Both the position numbers and the translations under genes were made by a program. The notes below the pieces were generated by a model that saw only the letters and a list, made by a program, of their open reading frames with translations, was not told the origin of the DNA and made no database searches. Of a stretch of DNA of 64,000 bases, positions 38,189 to 53,834 are shown piece by piece (within the stretch, counting starts at the first letter, position 1; each line of letters begins with the position of its first letter). Source of the DNA: Bigelowiella natans CCMP2755 (Eukaryota; Protista; Cercozoa); contig ADNK01002524.1 of assembly GCA_000320545.1 (NCBI GenBank), positions 62,001-126,000 on the forward strand, written 5' to 3'.

Positions 38189-39179
38189 ACGTAGTGGCTC
38201 GGTGGGGACAACCAACGGCCTGGATTGCGAGGCAAAAGCGTTAGGATTTTAGAGTCATTCTTCAAAAGGCAACACTATAAACTGTAAGAGATAAACGAAA
38301 ATAATAAGACTCTACAATGTAGAGGGCAGTAGATGAGAGGGGGGAAAGCTCACGTGGGTTGTAGAATTATGTGAAGGATTGCTTTCGGACAGACGGTGGG
38401 GAAATACCAGGCTAGAATTTCAGATCTTCTCCCATCAAACAATCTCTTATTAAACTCAGAAATGCCCTGGTTTTTTCCCTGATTATGAGATTATCTGAAT
38501 GTTGCGGTTTAATTACTAGTTGATTTTTTCGATGTGGTAAAAAAATTATCGGTAGGAATTCCGTTTGAATGATCATCAAAATTCTGAACTTTCGGGTGCT
38601 TTGATGGTCGGTGTTCCTAGGATGATACATCGATCTTAAAGCCGTTCTGGGCAAGAATATTGGGAAATGCACTCGTATTCACATTCTGCGACTGGAGATC
38701 CCACTGCATAATTGATGAATTTTATGAAAATTTGGATTTTTGAAAAAATGCGGGAACACCTATCACACTTTGAACTGATCAGAGTTGTCGTAAGTAGCGA
38801 GCGGAAGCTTCATTGCACAATTTATCTTCAGAATTGATGTCGGACAACAATGGGAGAACAGACTTTTCCTTAGCAATGCGACAAGCAATCTGACTGCTTA
38901 TCGGCAACAAACATCAATCAATTCATCAATTCCGGTCGAAAGAAGAAATAAGACAAGCTTCCCTCCGAAAATATCTTGCTCAGGGAAGAAGATACATCTT
39001 TTTAACATATACGACAAGCAAAATGATAAGTCGTAAAAAGATTTCCAATTCAACTTTAAATTCTCTGTTCCCGCAACTGCAGCCGCCCCCCCCAACCCTG
39101 GCCTTTTCCGCACAAACAAAGCCCCCTAAAGCCACTGAAGGAAGAGGAGGAGGAATCACCAATTGAGCGAAGTGCCGCT

Positions 39180-40983
39180 ATGACCTCCGAATCATCACCA
39201 TCTGCGCCTGTCAAGGCGTATGTGGTAAATTTGGTGTATGATAGCAAGCGTGTTAAGGCTCAGCTTTGGATAGGAATAACCCCCAACGAGCTACGGGATT
39301 TCATTAAAGGCAAGATATACATTATCAGTCATCGCATTTCCCTCAGAATTCAAAAATTTCTCCCATCTGTTACTTACGTCTCCCTTTTGTAGCGAGAGAT
39401 GTTTTTTCTTCCGAGTAGTAGCAGGGCGTGCGTCTCATGCCTCACTGATACAAACGTGCTTTTCTTTAGCAACCTTCGGCGTCGATGCCATTGGTTTTGA
39501 AACCGAGTACCACTTCATCCTGCCACCGGAAGTTCTTTGCCATTACATGCACTTATACCAAAACATGGATTTGAACATTCTCGTCAACGAGACGAATGAT
39601 AAAGAGCAACAGCAGCAGCAGCAGCCTTCGACCGAAGTAATACATCTAAAACATGTCAGTCTGGACGTCAACTGAGAACGTTTTCGAAATTGGATGCAAT
39701 AATAGATATATCGAATAATATGGTGCCTCTACCATGAGTATTTTTTAACCCTATCGTATCTCCCTCCTCTGAGGTCATCATCATTATAGCATAGATCTTT
39801 ATTTTTATCAAATGGATATGGTAGCGAGTAATCACGAACACACACACGCACACACGCATGCATTAAACAGGATGCGAAATCTCCCAGGGGCTCTGTTCTT
39901 TCACCTCAAATATACTCGTACGTGTGGCATTATAGCTGCAAGCACACACACATGAATTAAACATACATTTGTCGCATATTGTGATTTGAAAACGCGAAGT
40001 ACAGACGTACATGGACACATATCCATGATAATTTTTTATGTGAGAGACGACCGTTAGCATCGTTGCGGAAAACCATAAATGTTACATCATTATCATCATC
40101 ATCATCGCGCACCGGATGTAGCTAAATCGTTAAAGAAAACCTACACCGTAGAGTCTTCATGCCCCCTCCATGTTGTTTCGTGTTGAAGGAGTTGATGATA
40201 ACATCGTTACTATACTCGTCGTCAGATATGCGAGAATGATAGAGATGGAGAAGTTGCACACTCTTGTACTCCGAGCTTGCAGAGGTCGGTTCGGTAGCAG
40301 CAATGGCATCACCACCACCACTTTCAACCTCATACGATGATGTATTTCGGGCTTATCCCTTCTGCTGTTTTTCCTTCTGCTTCTTGCTAGATGGGGCATT
40401 GGATAAGACTAAGTTCCAGAGACTCATGACTACGCTGCTGCCGCGCGACACACCGAACAAGATCGCAGCCCCGTAATACTCGTAGTATGCATTCATTTTT
40501 GAAATCGGCTTCCTCCTCTTCGTCTATCTTCTTCTTCTTCTTCATCTCCCGACATCTTAGAGAGATGAAAATACTTGTCATTTATTGGATTTCACGGGGG
40601 GGGGGGATTGCCATATATGCTTGTGTGTGCGTGGGTGTTTGTGTGACGTACCCAAGAACACGATGCAGTACACTGCTAATAGCATGAATATTGACCTTTC
40701 CAAAATTCGACACAAGTTTTCCCTTCTTTGTTCTCTTCGCTGAGATTGTATTGTTTGCTGTTGCGGCTTGCTTTTGGTCCTCCCGTGCAGATACCTAGCT
40801 TCCTTGTCATCTCTGTTTGACTTGTTTGACACTAACGACGACGATGTCGTGGACCGGGTGAGTTACATACTTTTTACAGCCATCGATTTATGCTAGCAAT
40901 AGGGAAAATGATGACAACGAGGCTATTGTTGATTGGGATAAGTTCTAGGCTGTGCTACGGTTTTACTAGTGTATATATGTACG

Positions 40984-41022
<39 letters not shown>

Positions 41023-42147
41023 GGAGAGGGAGAATAATCGTCATTTGAAGATTGAATAGCGTCTATGCAAACGAGACTGCTGAGCTTGCTATTGTTGTGT
41101 TCTGAGTGGAATTGCAACGATTCGGTATGGTACATCATACGAATATGTCGTTTATTAGGACGAATTGCTCTCGGGACTAACACTACTATCCCAAGGATCA
41201 CTCAACGAACGGTTGCAGGTAATTTATCGCACATTTGCGTGTTGTGAGTGAATCTTTATGGGTTTATTTTAAGATGTTTCGGCGTCGCATTTTACATGAA
41301 TACGAAGCGTAAGGCTGCTACTAATTTTGCACAAATAATAATAATATTTATGTTTTAGGTGGTGTTCGCCCTAGTGGACAAGGAAGGAAACGGGTAGTAG
41401 TTAGTAGTAATCATGATGATGATAATGATGGTGGTGATGATGGTGATGGTGATGATGGTGATGGTGATGATGAGACGATCTGCGACAACAATCGTGCTAT
41501 AACCACCAGCTCTAATCTTACACAAATCATCATTGATTTCGCACGTCGTGTTCTCTCAATCGTTGTGAAATTCTGTCATTAGTTACATCTCCCCCAACGA
41601 GATGTGGAAGTTCTTCAAGCTGTCGATGCTCGTTCAAATGGCACTTTCCGATGAAACATCGGTATGGTAGATTGATTACTATATAATCCATCTAGCCAAT
41701 TATGTTTGTCTGCCAAGCGCCTAAATGTTAATATAAAATATAAAAAACAACAAGTTCTTCCCGCTACCCCCCCCCCCCCCTCCTTTTTCTCCCACTATCT
41801 TTTAATCGTTTCCTTTGAGCATAATTGACACCTCGCTTGGATGTGGGTGGTTAGAATCAATATTCAAAAAAAGTGCTGAGCGAAATTGCAGGTATTGCGC
41901 TTAATAGCATTCATTCAAAGCCAGGAGAAGAAGAGTGTCTACATTATCACCTACTGCTTTACACCCATCAACATTTTCAGCATTATTATGAATATCTCAC
42001 GTGCTGATTATTCCGATATGTATGACTGGATGAAATGCGAATACAATGAAGCTGTGTGCTTGATACGGCAAAAATCCTGATTGCTGGAGCATAAATATTG
42101 CTAACATTATTACCATATAATCCATTTTTACTAGCATCAACCATGTC

Positions 42148-42189
<42 letters not shown>

Positions 42190-43117
42190 CATACACACTC
42201 TCTGCATATGCCGCACAGACAACTCCCCATAGAAATACCCGATTTAGTGAAGATACATCTTGACACAATAGCGAGGATGATATTGACGGATATATCTCCT
42301 TAACATAGGAAACACAGCTGCAGAGGCGGTCGGGAAGATGTTTCGAGAGGCCTCTATGGCCAACAGGAGTAAAGGCATATCCTACGACGAATTCAAGGCA
42401 TATTGCCGTCGAAAACCGCACTTAATCTCCTGGATATCGGTTGGTTTGATGATTGATGAAGATAGTTAGGATGATGGATGATGATGACGGTGAGGATGAC
42501 GATGTACAGGCAGTGAGAATTGAGAAAATAAGTATTATCATCGTGTATTATCTTCCCAACCTAATTCTTGTCATCGCCTCTGCCTAAGCTGCTTCTAGGA
42601 TTTCTACTACTCTGCTGCCACTACTACAGCTACTACTACTGCTGACTGATCACGCACACCCTTCTCAATCCCCCCCCCCCCGCCTCTCTCTCAGATCTAC
42701 GACAAAATTCCCGAAGCAGAAAGTGGCCACCCTCTCCTGAAATCACCCGTGAAAAAGAAGAGAGGGGGGGGGGCTGAGAGGAGTAGATTCGAGATAGAAG
42801 ACGATGCCGGCGGAGTTGAGCAGCCTCCGTTCTCATCTTCTATTGAGCTCAAGACAAATGATGGAAAAAGCATCGTAGTCACCTCAAGGAAAGACAGAAT
42901 CGGCGAGTTTCAGAGCCTGCGACAAGCCCTCGGACCAGAGAAAACGCAGGAAATAGCAGATGACCTTCTTCGAGCCTTCCAAAGGTAGTAGAGAAGTAGT
43001 AGTAGTAGAGTAGTAGTAGTAGTAGAAAGATGGAATAAAAGAAGATGACAAAGGATTCGAGGGAGATGGGGTAATGGCGGTTATGTTTTGAGGGCATAAC
43101 TAGACGTTAAAGAAGAA

Positions 43118-43163
<46 letters not shown>

Positions 43164-43220
43164 GAATCGATGGTCTATGAACGGATGTCTACGCTGCTTT
43201 ACTTCCAATCTGACAATAAA

Positions 43221-43266
<46 letters not shown>

Positions 43267-43924
43267 TAATGTGTGGGTGTTTGTTCTGCAGGGAAGCAAC
43301 GTCTGGTTGTGTCAACCGCACCCAGTTCAAGCGAATCATGGCCAACCTCCTCTTCAGCTCGGGGGGGGCAAACGACTCCCAAAACGCCAAGATTGCGTAC
43401 CACTTTGACCGCATCTTCGACATGTTTGACGTATCCGGCACAGGGGTAGTAAGAAGCAACCAGCCTATTGTCATATCAGATATAACAGGCATGATAGCAA
43501 TATATCTTGAGTGTATTTTGCATTGTATATGTCGTGTCGTTTGTGACCTTTTACCTTTCTCGTGTTTGCCTTATGCCCCCTTTCCCCCTTCCCCCCCCCC
43601 CCCCCCTTTTTTTATTAAGGTTGTCGACACTGGAGAGTTCGTGACTGGTATGCTGATCTTCTCGAATGGAGGCAGAATGGCAAAGTAATAGCGACGATAT
43701 TTCTGTCCGCAACACACTGCACACGACACACACAACAGATATCGATGAGATGTACAAAGCATCGTGCCCACGCATACAGTTTCTAAGTATTATCACATTT
43801 AAAAAAAAGCACATTCTTCTCATCAACAGCAGCCGCACTCACGCCTACCTCGTTATGACGCAAACACAACATCGACAACAACAACAACGACAACAACAAC
43901 GACAACAACAACGGCAACAACAAC

Positions 43925-43958
<34 letters not shown>

Positions 43959-44471
43959 AACAACAACAACAACAACAACACCGACCAACAACGCAGGTTG
44001 CAGCTAGCCTTCGGCATGTTTGACATCGACAAAAACGGCTTCATCTCCAGGGACGAGATGTTCCGATTCATCGAGACCTTTCTCCGCGTGTGCGTCAATA
44101 TATCCGATCCATCATCAGGTTTGATGATTCAGGCACTACTTATCACGACAAAATCTCCATCATTGTGCTCTCCATCATTGTGCTATCTATCCACCCATAT
44201 CTATGATGATGGATGAATGAAGGCGAGAAACCTTCAAATGCGGTGTTGTTACTTAAACTAGCCAACGCCTCATTACTACTACAACTACTACTACTACTAC
44301 TACTACTACTACTGCATTGGTACTACCATCCATCCATCCATCCATTCAGGGGGCGGAGGAGGCGCATCTATTGGCAAGGGAAATCTTGCAGAGACTGTCA
44401 ACAAAATCGCCCTTGAATCAACGGACGAGTACTACCGAAACTACATTGATACGATTGCTACATAGAATATG

Positions 44472-44509
<38 letters not shown>

Positions 44510-45047
44510 TTATTTGTGTGTGTTTGTGTGTGTATTTATATGACACAATACGAATATGAAGTCTTTTTGGGATTTACGCGAGTCGCTGTGTACAAAATTC
44601 CTCGTTCTTTCCTCCACCTCACTACCCGTCTCTCTCCCTCCCAACCTTAGATTCTTTGAGCTTGCAGACGTAAACAACGACGACAACGTAAGAACGAAGG
44701 GCTAGCAGAGATATCCATCCATCCATCCATACTGCCATTCACCCCTCCTCCCTCCAAATCAGTTGTTCATCTCACAGTGTGGTGGTAGGGCAAAGTACAC
44801 CGACTGCAACTCCGCACGTTGTGTGTAGTAGTGTTGAAAACGACTTTTTCAGCATTAACCTCTTCTGCTTCTTCTTCTTCTTCTTCCTCTCCTTCTTCTC
44901 AGGTGTCTTGGACAGAATTCGTGCAGTTTTACAACAAATACGGACGACGGGTCTTATCGTTTCGATGTTGCTCTCGTCGTCATTGTTGTAGTTGTTGTTT
45001 TTGTTGTTGTTGTTGTTGTTGTTGGATAACGATAATGATATTTGATA

Positions 45048-45079
<32 letters not shown>

Positions 45080-46065
45080 AATGGTGATGACGATGATGGT
45101 ATTGCGAAGGATGTGATAATGCTAATGTCGTTGTTATTGCTGCTGCTGCTGGTGCTGATGATGATAGTGAGCATGGTGATAGCCATCATCGTTCTGCTAT
45201 CCCCTTACAAATCTGAAATAATGCGTTTGCAAGTTTGCTATAATCATCATCCTAATCACCGTCATCATAATCGTCATTCGCAAAGGTGAAATGGCTCTCG
45301 CTGCTCAATGAGATGATACCAATCGACAATGATTCTGTTGGTGAAGAAGTAGACCAAAAGACATCGGAGAACAGAAGACAGGTGTGCTGCCTACATTACA
45401 TCTAACTGCAACAAACTTTAATAAATGCTCAGTTATTCCAATGATCAATAAGCCAAGCGGCATATTTGATTTTTAATTATTTTATCCCCCCCCCCCCCCC
45501 CCCTTCTCCCCCTTCTTCACGCCTACCTCTTTTATACTCCTATTCATCTGTTCTGCAACCAATTCTTGCAGCAGAGTAATTTTTGCTTTGTTGATTCTGT
45601 ACTTATTTTATCTCCGTCCAAAAGCCTTCAAAGAAAGACGCAAAGGCAGTGGATGTCAAATTGAGCATTCCTCTGCCTGAGGGAGGAGTCATCGATATAC
45701 GCGACAACGACGTCACCAAATTCCGATTTCTTCGCACGGTGCGTAATCAGTGATAATGAAGATATAGATGGTTGGAGAATAGGAAACTATACTTCAGCAA
45801 ATAGACGCTCACTTAGCCATTAGTATGGTCCATAAATATCATCATTATGATCATGATCATCATCGTCATCATCATCGTTGTTCATCATTATCATCGTCAT
45901 CATCCACAGATATTCTCCAAGGTGGCACCTCTCCTGCAGCATCGTTTCTCAGAGTGTAAAGTCCTTGGAAGAACGGAGTTTATGCGTACGATGAAGTCTA
46001 TATTACCACGGTTAGAGCAAGGCCTTTACCTTTACCAGCAGCTTTTAGGCTAAATATACACACAA

Positions 46066-46125
<60 letters not shown>

Positions 46126-46380
46126 TATCCTGAAACTCTATAGCTCGATACCCAAACACATACCACTTGTGTTGTTATTGTTGTCCATGCAGAGAATACG
46201 TGTTCGTTCTTCTTATGTGTGTCTGTTTCTACTACTGTGATCAGTGACAGTCTATCACCAGCTCTCCGAAGCATTGTGGATCTGAGCCTCTATAACCTAT
46301 TCAACGCCTTTGACTACAACGCGGATGGCGTCATCGACGGCGAAGAGGTGAGGATTGTAGAGGCAAAGAAGAGAAAGAGG

Positions 46381-46418
<38 letters not shown>

Positions 46419-46738
46419 AACGACGAGGTTATTAGAAGTGTTAGATTTTCACTTCCGGCCTCTTTCCCATGACACTGAGTGTTTGTGGTTTTTTTTCTTC
46501 TCCTTCTTCTTGTTCTTCTTCTTCTTCGTCTATATAGTTTATGCGAGGAATGGTTCTCCTCCAGGCTTCTTCCAAAGAGCAAACACTTCAATTGATATTT
46601 GATATGGTTGGCTTGCCTGTTACCCCTTTGTCTTGTTATGGTGTAGTGGGCATTACGACGATGACCTCTGCTCTCTTTCTCTTTCTTTTCTCACTCTATC
46701 TACTTTCTCTCTCTCTCTCTCTCTGTCTCTCTCTGTGT

Positions 46739-46779
<41 letters not shown>

Positions 46780-47085
46780 TGTGATTGCCCTCTAGTCACT
46801 CAATTTGTCCTATTGCATTCCTTATTGTTCAAATATCTGCTTGCTGCCGTCGTCGTTGTTGTTCTCGATGCTGCTGCTGCTTATTGCCACAGATCGATGC
46901 GGATCGAAACGGAAAGATTTCGATGGAGGAGATGTGTGATTTCTTCTCCTCCTTCCTGCTGATGACGTGTGCAATTTGCGAGGACGCTGCAGATCTCCCT
47001 GCGGAGTACCTACAAGATGTAGTCTTCAAAGCGGCACATCAGGTGTGGATTTCCTCTTTTTCCACTTAGCTGACAGAGACTGTCG

Positions 47086-47152
<67 letters not shown>

Positions 47153-47555
47153 CTATGTATATACTATTATTCTCATGTAGAGATTTGGCGGAACTATACA
47201 CAGTGATATCAATTATTCCTCACCATACCGCAAATGTTTGTGAGGATGCACATGTCTACGTATGGGACAATTGCACTTGTTTCTATCAAGCCAAAATGAC
47301 TCTTTTTCTTCGCTAAAAATCAAATACTTTGTCAATATAATCGGCATATATCCTCTCACATTCTCACCGTTTTCATTGCTACTACTATCACTACCCTCTT
47401 TTGCTGCCGTGGTGTGTGGTCTTAGGTTACGGAGAGTTTCTTCTACATCGCAGATACCAACGAAGATGGCTGGATATCTTGGTAGTGATAACAACATGAT
47501 ACTTTACTTTCTCTGCTCTCTCTCTCTCTCTCTCTCTCTTCCTCTCTCTCCTCCA

Positions 47556-47597
<42 letters not shown>

Positions 47598-48284
47598 CGC
47601 ATACGCACAGGCATGAGTTTGTGACGGTGTATGAGAACGACCGACATCTGGTGCCTTGGCTGCAGCTCTTGGATGTAATAATAGTACTATACGAGAGATA
47701 CTTAGCCAATCCTACGAGGACGAGAGGACGCAGTGCCCAGAAAATTTTGTTTATTTAAGCGAAATATTTCTACTCTCTTTTGTCCAGATTGGTGTTGATG
47801 CCGTAGTTGAGAAGATATCGGACAACACTAACAAATGCAATTAAAACGACACTAACAAATGCAATTAAACCGATAGATTGCTGATGAAGAATCGCTCCAA
47901 GAAGATGCGATTGAGAAAGGCGATGACGACGCTGGCCGTGATGATGATAATGAGGAAAATGAAGACAGCGGCTACGACGATGAAGATGCTGGATTATTGC
48001 AGCAGGGCGGACCTATTTCTAACACATCACTGGTAATAAAACGTCTCTTTTATTCTCACTCTTTTCTTCTGCGTCTATAGCCTTCTCACTCAAGAACCGT
48101 GTCGGTTGCATTGCATTGGGTTGATTGAGAATGCTGCTATCTTCCTCCTTATGTTCCTTCCCGTCCTTCTTTGTACCAATCCCGGTTTCTTCAGGTGCTG
48201 TTGACTGATGACGTAGCTTGCCTCTCCTCCCTTGCCCCTTTGTTTCGTGATATTCCACCCGACAAAATCCTTGAAGCTTTCAGG

Positions 48285-48322
<38 letters not shown>

Positions 48323-48634
48323 AGACTACTATGCAGCAGCTAGTATTACATCGACTAAAAAGCAAATGACGCCGTATTTGCAACTACAAAGCACCATCAT
48401 CTCCGAAAACGGCAGTCATTAGTAGTTGGTACAGATCAGGGCGACATTCACGAGCGCGGTTTATGCGTATTCTCTATATTTTCGGAAAGTACCAACCCCT
48501 CGTCTCCTCCCTACCCCCCCCCCATTTCTTCACGTACTCAGGAGAGAAGCAGGTAAAGGGTACTTGGATCGTGTGTCTTTCTCCAGTGTGATGGCGGAGC
48601 TCTTCTACAAGGTTGAAAATGTCTTTGATAACAG

Positions 48635-48676
<42 letters not shown>

Positions 48677-49521
48677 GCCATACGTACATTAGTTCATCTT
48701 GTATAATATAAGTAAATATGGTGTGCGTGTTGGCACTCTCGTATCGTCGATATCACTCGTTGTTGTTGTTTTTGTTCCACTTGGATATCTATGCGCTACC
48801 CCCTCTTTCTCCACACCTAGCTTCTTGCAGAGGACGAGACGCTGAGTCGTCTCTTCCGAAATCTATTCAACCTCTTCGATCAGGTATGCACGCACGTGCG
48901 CGCGCACGCGCGCGTGTGTGTGTGTGTGTGTGTGGTTGTGTATGTGGGTATGTGTGTGCATATGTGTGTGTGCTTGTGTGCAGAGCAATTTAAATTGTAT
49001 TCAAAGAATGCACGGAGCTCTATGCTACCATCGATGTTACGTTCGCGCACCTCATGGGCTAAGCCAGAAACACGCAAAACCTGTATTGTACAGACGGACA
49101 GTGGAAGAATATCAGCGCGGGAGTTCCTAACGGGGATGTGGCTTCTAACGCTTCCTTCGGTGAGAAGTCACGCTGCTACTAGCATATAACAATGGATACC
49201 AGCTTACCGAAACCCTCCTCGTAGATGTGTATTTGGACGAAGCGTTGGTTAGATGAAATTACAGAGAAGGAAGAAGAAATATATGAACGAAAACATTTAG
49301 CATGTAATAGCCTAGAATATTGCGTATGAGACGATGTATGATCGGTCTATTTATCTTCAAATTTTGGTCGTATCTTCTCGAATTGATGGATGCGCTGTTC
49401 TTTTTCTTGTTTGGTAGGTTGGAGATAAGCTGAAACTAGTCTATATATTCTCCAACGAGAACGAGGAGGAAAATGACCTCGAGCCGATGATTCGTCCAAT
49501 GGTACTTTTAGAAATTAGTTG

Positions 49522-49557
<36 letters not shown>

Positions 49558-51725
49558 ATAGCTTGTGTGAAAGGCCATTGTTGTGATGTTCTTCTTCTAT
49601 ATGTATTTGCTTCGTAAGGAAGAATCTACGTGCCTCATGATGTCGCATAAACAATTAGCTTCACTGAAATATGCATGATAAGTCACTATTTATAGTAGTC
49701 TGCTGCTGCTGAAGGCCTTTGTTTCCTCCTAGCCAAAAATAATTCCGATGTATTGTGGTAACACTGTTACAGGCCGTTACGCGTTTTGTGGTGTGCTTAA
49801 TGCGGGTTGCATTCGGAGGGCGATTGCTCTCACACCAGGAGACAAAACAGCTCAAAGACGGCATCGTATGTGTCACTTAATTTGCATTGACCTGCATGAA
49901 TTGTGTGGTTTAGATGGCGCATTCGAGAAGAAGCAAACAAACTAGCGACATGGTGTATCTGCGTGTGGTTGTGTTTGTGTGTGTGCGTGTGTGTTTGTCT
50001 AGTATATCCACGGTTTTGATATTTTGAACATCGATTCGCCTTGTTATCGGTGCTGTCTCCCCTTTCACACGTTGCACCGTTCTGATCCCCCCTTCGCTGT
50101 TTGCGCCGTCATCGTTTGCCCTCCGCAACCCAAATGCTCATCAGGTGAGTGAGGCGCAGGAGATCACGGAGTGCCTCTACGAAGCCCGTGACACTGCGCA
50201 ATGCGGAAAGTTGCGCTATGTAGACTTTGCCGAAGCTTTTGTGCGCCACCCGTTTGCAAAGGTTGAGAATAACGATAAATTGATGATTATGGAGATAGTT
50301 ATGATAATGTAGATGGTGATGATGATAGTGACGATGATGATAGTTGCGGGGTGTTAAGAGTATCAGATACGTGAAATATTGGAGCAAACACGTACAATCA
50401 GCGTTATGGTCTATGCGTCAAACAACTCACCACCACCTCCTCAGGTCTTGCATATATTCGCATCACCGCACACCAAAGTGCCTCCCACGCCTTCGTCCAC
50501 TGCAAGGATGCAAAGGAGTGATGAGCATGGAATAAGACAACCAGGATATGAAACTAAGGTATAGTATATTCAGACGTTTTCTGCACATTCGTCTGCACGC
50601 GCATTCACATGGAATTGCGAAGTTGTGGAGTAACCCGCCACGCCGAAACGCCCGGTGAAAAAGAAGAGTTTGGGCATGGAATTTGATTGTTTTGGCACAT
50701 CCAATGTTGTGTCGCTGCCGCCATCTGACCGATTATTTCCTTCCAAAACAAAGAATCAATACTACGACGAGAAGGGCAAGAAAGGCAAACTGGTCCTTGA
50801 GCGTGGAGATGGAGTACGATTTCGTCTCAAGCCGCAAGATGTGCAGGGATTGGAATTCCTAGTGCAAAACCTGGGAGGGCTCACATTCACGCAACTTATG
50901 AACACGTACAATTTTCATCACGATTATAGTGTCTCCTTCCCCTTTTCTCTCTCTCTCTCTCTCCCTCTCTCTCCCTCTCTCTCTCTTTGAGTGTGTGTGT
51001 GGGTGGGTGGGGGTGTTGTGTGGGAACTATATCATCGCTGCAGCACACTGATAGCAGCACCGTATGGCTACCTCACCAAAGATTCGTCCATTTTGCCAAA
51101 AACGGAGCTCTAAACAAGGAGCAATTCAACGCTGCCATAGACGCTCTAGTGCCTGCAGCTGCTATCTCCCAAGTAGAAGGCGGCGATGACAACGAGGGCG
51201 CAGCTGGGGAGGAGGGCGATTACGAGGATAGAGAAAGGTGATGGCAATTGAGTTGCAAGCGAAAATATGATCATCATTTCTAGCTTCGTTACTATCACCA
51301 ATGCTATCTCGCCACCACCGTTATCATCACCATCATCATTATCGCCGTCGTCGGTCACTTTTCTCTATTCAGGCAAAGCAAATCCCGAACAGATGCCTGG
51401 ATGCTGCGGTTTGTGCTTCATCGCCTTTTTGAGGTAGAAATGGCTGGGAGGGGGGGCGGGTGTAGAATGGAAGTCATGTCGCATGTTACCCGGCCCCCAC
51501 CGTTTGCGAACGTTTAACACCGCAAATCGGAAGTGGAAATAACTATGAAATATGTTTCAAATGCGTGATAATAATAATAATCATTTGGGTTTTAAAATTT
51601 TTCCATTTTTGGTGGGAGCGGGGGGGGGGGGGATAGTCCGAGCATCAGTCTGCAACTGGATGTTGTTGAAGGATGATTATATCTGCGTTTTCTTTCTACT
51701 TCTACTTTCCCCTCTCCCTGTGTAC

Positions 51726-51762
<37 letters not shown>

Positions 51763-52106
51763 TGTATTTGTGTGTGCGCTTTTTTTTTAGGTCTTTGATT
51801 CTAACAATGACGGAGCTGTTGATTGCTTCGAGTTTCTCTCTGGTTTGAAATCAAATAACACATACGAAATGACACCTTTTAAGCTCCTCAGCAGACGCTG
51901 TACTCTCGCCATTATTCCTTTAATCCACGTCGGAATGACTCTTTTTTTGTCTGTTTGTTTGGTATTTGGCGCTGCGGCAATTTGCCTGGGTTTCGGTAAC
52001 AACGCAGGAATCAACTTTCTCTTGAATTCCGACATCAAGCAAAAACTAACAGTGGGCTTTATCATGGTAGACTCCAACGGAGACGGGTAAATGAGCATAT
52101 TTATAG

Positions 52107-52140
<34 letters not shown>

Positions 52141-53798
52141 GTATTGTGCATGACATTGACGCGTACACTTTGAACAAAAAGGTACATTGAGATGGAGGAG
52201 CTCTTCAAGTTCTTCATTTCGTTCTATTCTCTGGTAGCCGCAATATCGTCAGAGGCGCGTGCATTGAGCACGCAGGATCTTCGCAATCTAGTTGTGGACG
52301 CTTCCCAGGTGCCGCCGCAACTGCCCATTACCATTGCCCGAAACTCGATGCACTGATGGCAGAGACTGCCATCATCATCATCATCACCACCACCACCACC
52401 ACCACCACCAGCCAATGCAATGAAATGCGTGTTTTAATTGCGACGAATATTCAGGCCAGTGCTAGAGCTCTTTTTGCGGCTGCGGACTCCAAAAGAAGGT
52501 TCGACCCCCACGCGCACATGGCATGATGGTGATGGTCAGCACCAACTAGCTGCACTGCATACTCACCGTCTTGGTTTTGTGCGTATTTGGGAACTCTTGT
52601 CCCACTTTGCACTGTGCTGTGCGACTGCCAATCGAGGGTATCAGTACCTTTTGATGACTGCTCTACATCATCATCATCATCATCGCCATTGTCTCGTTTG
52701 CGGTCATTTTCGTGATATCATGCCATACCTGGTTTCAGGGGCAAGATCTCCTTGGCGGAGTTCGTAAAGGCTTACGTGAGCGACAATGAGCTTGTTCCGT
52801 GGGTTCGCTTGTTTGTCAAACTTGGCGCTGAAGAGACCAGGGCAGGGGGGGGGGGAGCAAAGGTTGTACTGGCACCTACACATCATGTGGATATGAAAGC
52901 TAATGTCTGTGTTGATGCTAGGAATACAACGAAATCAAGTTAGAAAGATATATATTATATATATATATAACACGGTATGGACGTCATAGTATGCATGAGG
53001 CCTCTATGAAAGAATGGAGAGAGCACGGTTTTCGCGTAAGTACATTTCTCTACAACACGTTGAGTATGATATAATTTTCAGAGAAATCAAGACGCCAGAG
53101 GTGGTTCTCCCACAATCAAGCTAGCAGCTGGACTTCCCACCCCAAGAGTCTCGATGAAGAAAACCGCACGTTTCAACGACGATGTGGACGAGGAGAAGCA
53201 GCACGATGATGTAGAGGCAATCCCTGTTGGGCCGCACTCATCGAGTAAGAAATAGACATTTGGAATATGAGAATGCGACTGATATAATGACCGTGTTGAT
53301 ATTGCTGTGCCTGTGGTGTAGCCTAGCTGTGTGTAATATCGACTTTAACTTGCTGTTGTGAGCTGATCTCAAAACAAATTTCGTAACATCTTTTCTCTCT
53401 CTCAACCTCTTTCTCTCTCCCGCTCTCTTTATATATATATGTATATATATTTATTTATTTATTTATTGTTTATAATTTCGATGGTTTTTCTTAGCGCGAT
53501 TTGTGAATTCTCCGGAAGAAGAAGAATCTGTCCTTCTTCAGATTGCCATTTCGAACGATGGAAAATACCTGTACGACAACCACGCGCACAGCTTCACTAC
53601 ACATTATGGAACTATTATGCCAAGCCGATGTTCCCTCGTATCTTAACTTTCTAAAAGCAGATGATGATAATGACGATAATGATGATGATGTGTTGATGAT
53701 GGTGGCAATATCGATGATGTCTTCGAGTTGCGATGTATACCGCACATCTGCCAGTTCACGAATAACTTTTCCTCTGGCAGATTTTGCACGTACATTTG

Positions 53799-53834
<36 letters not shown>

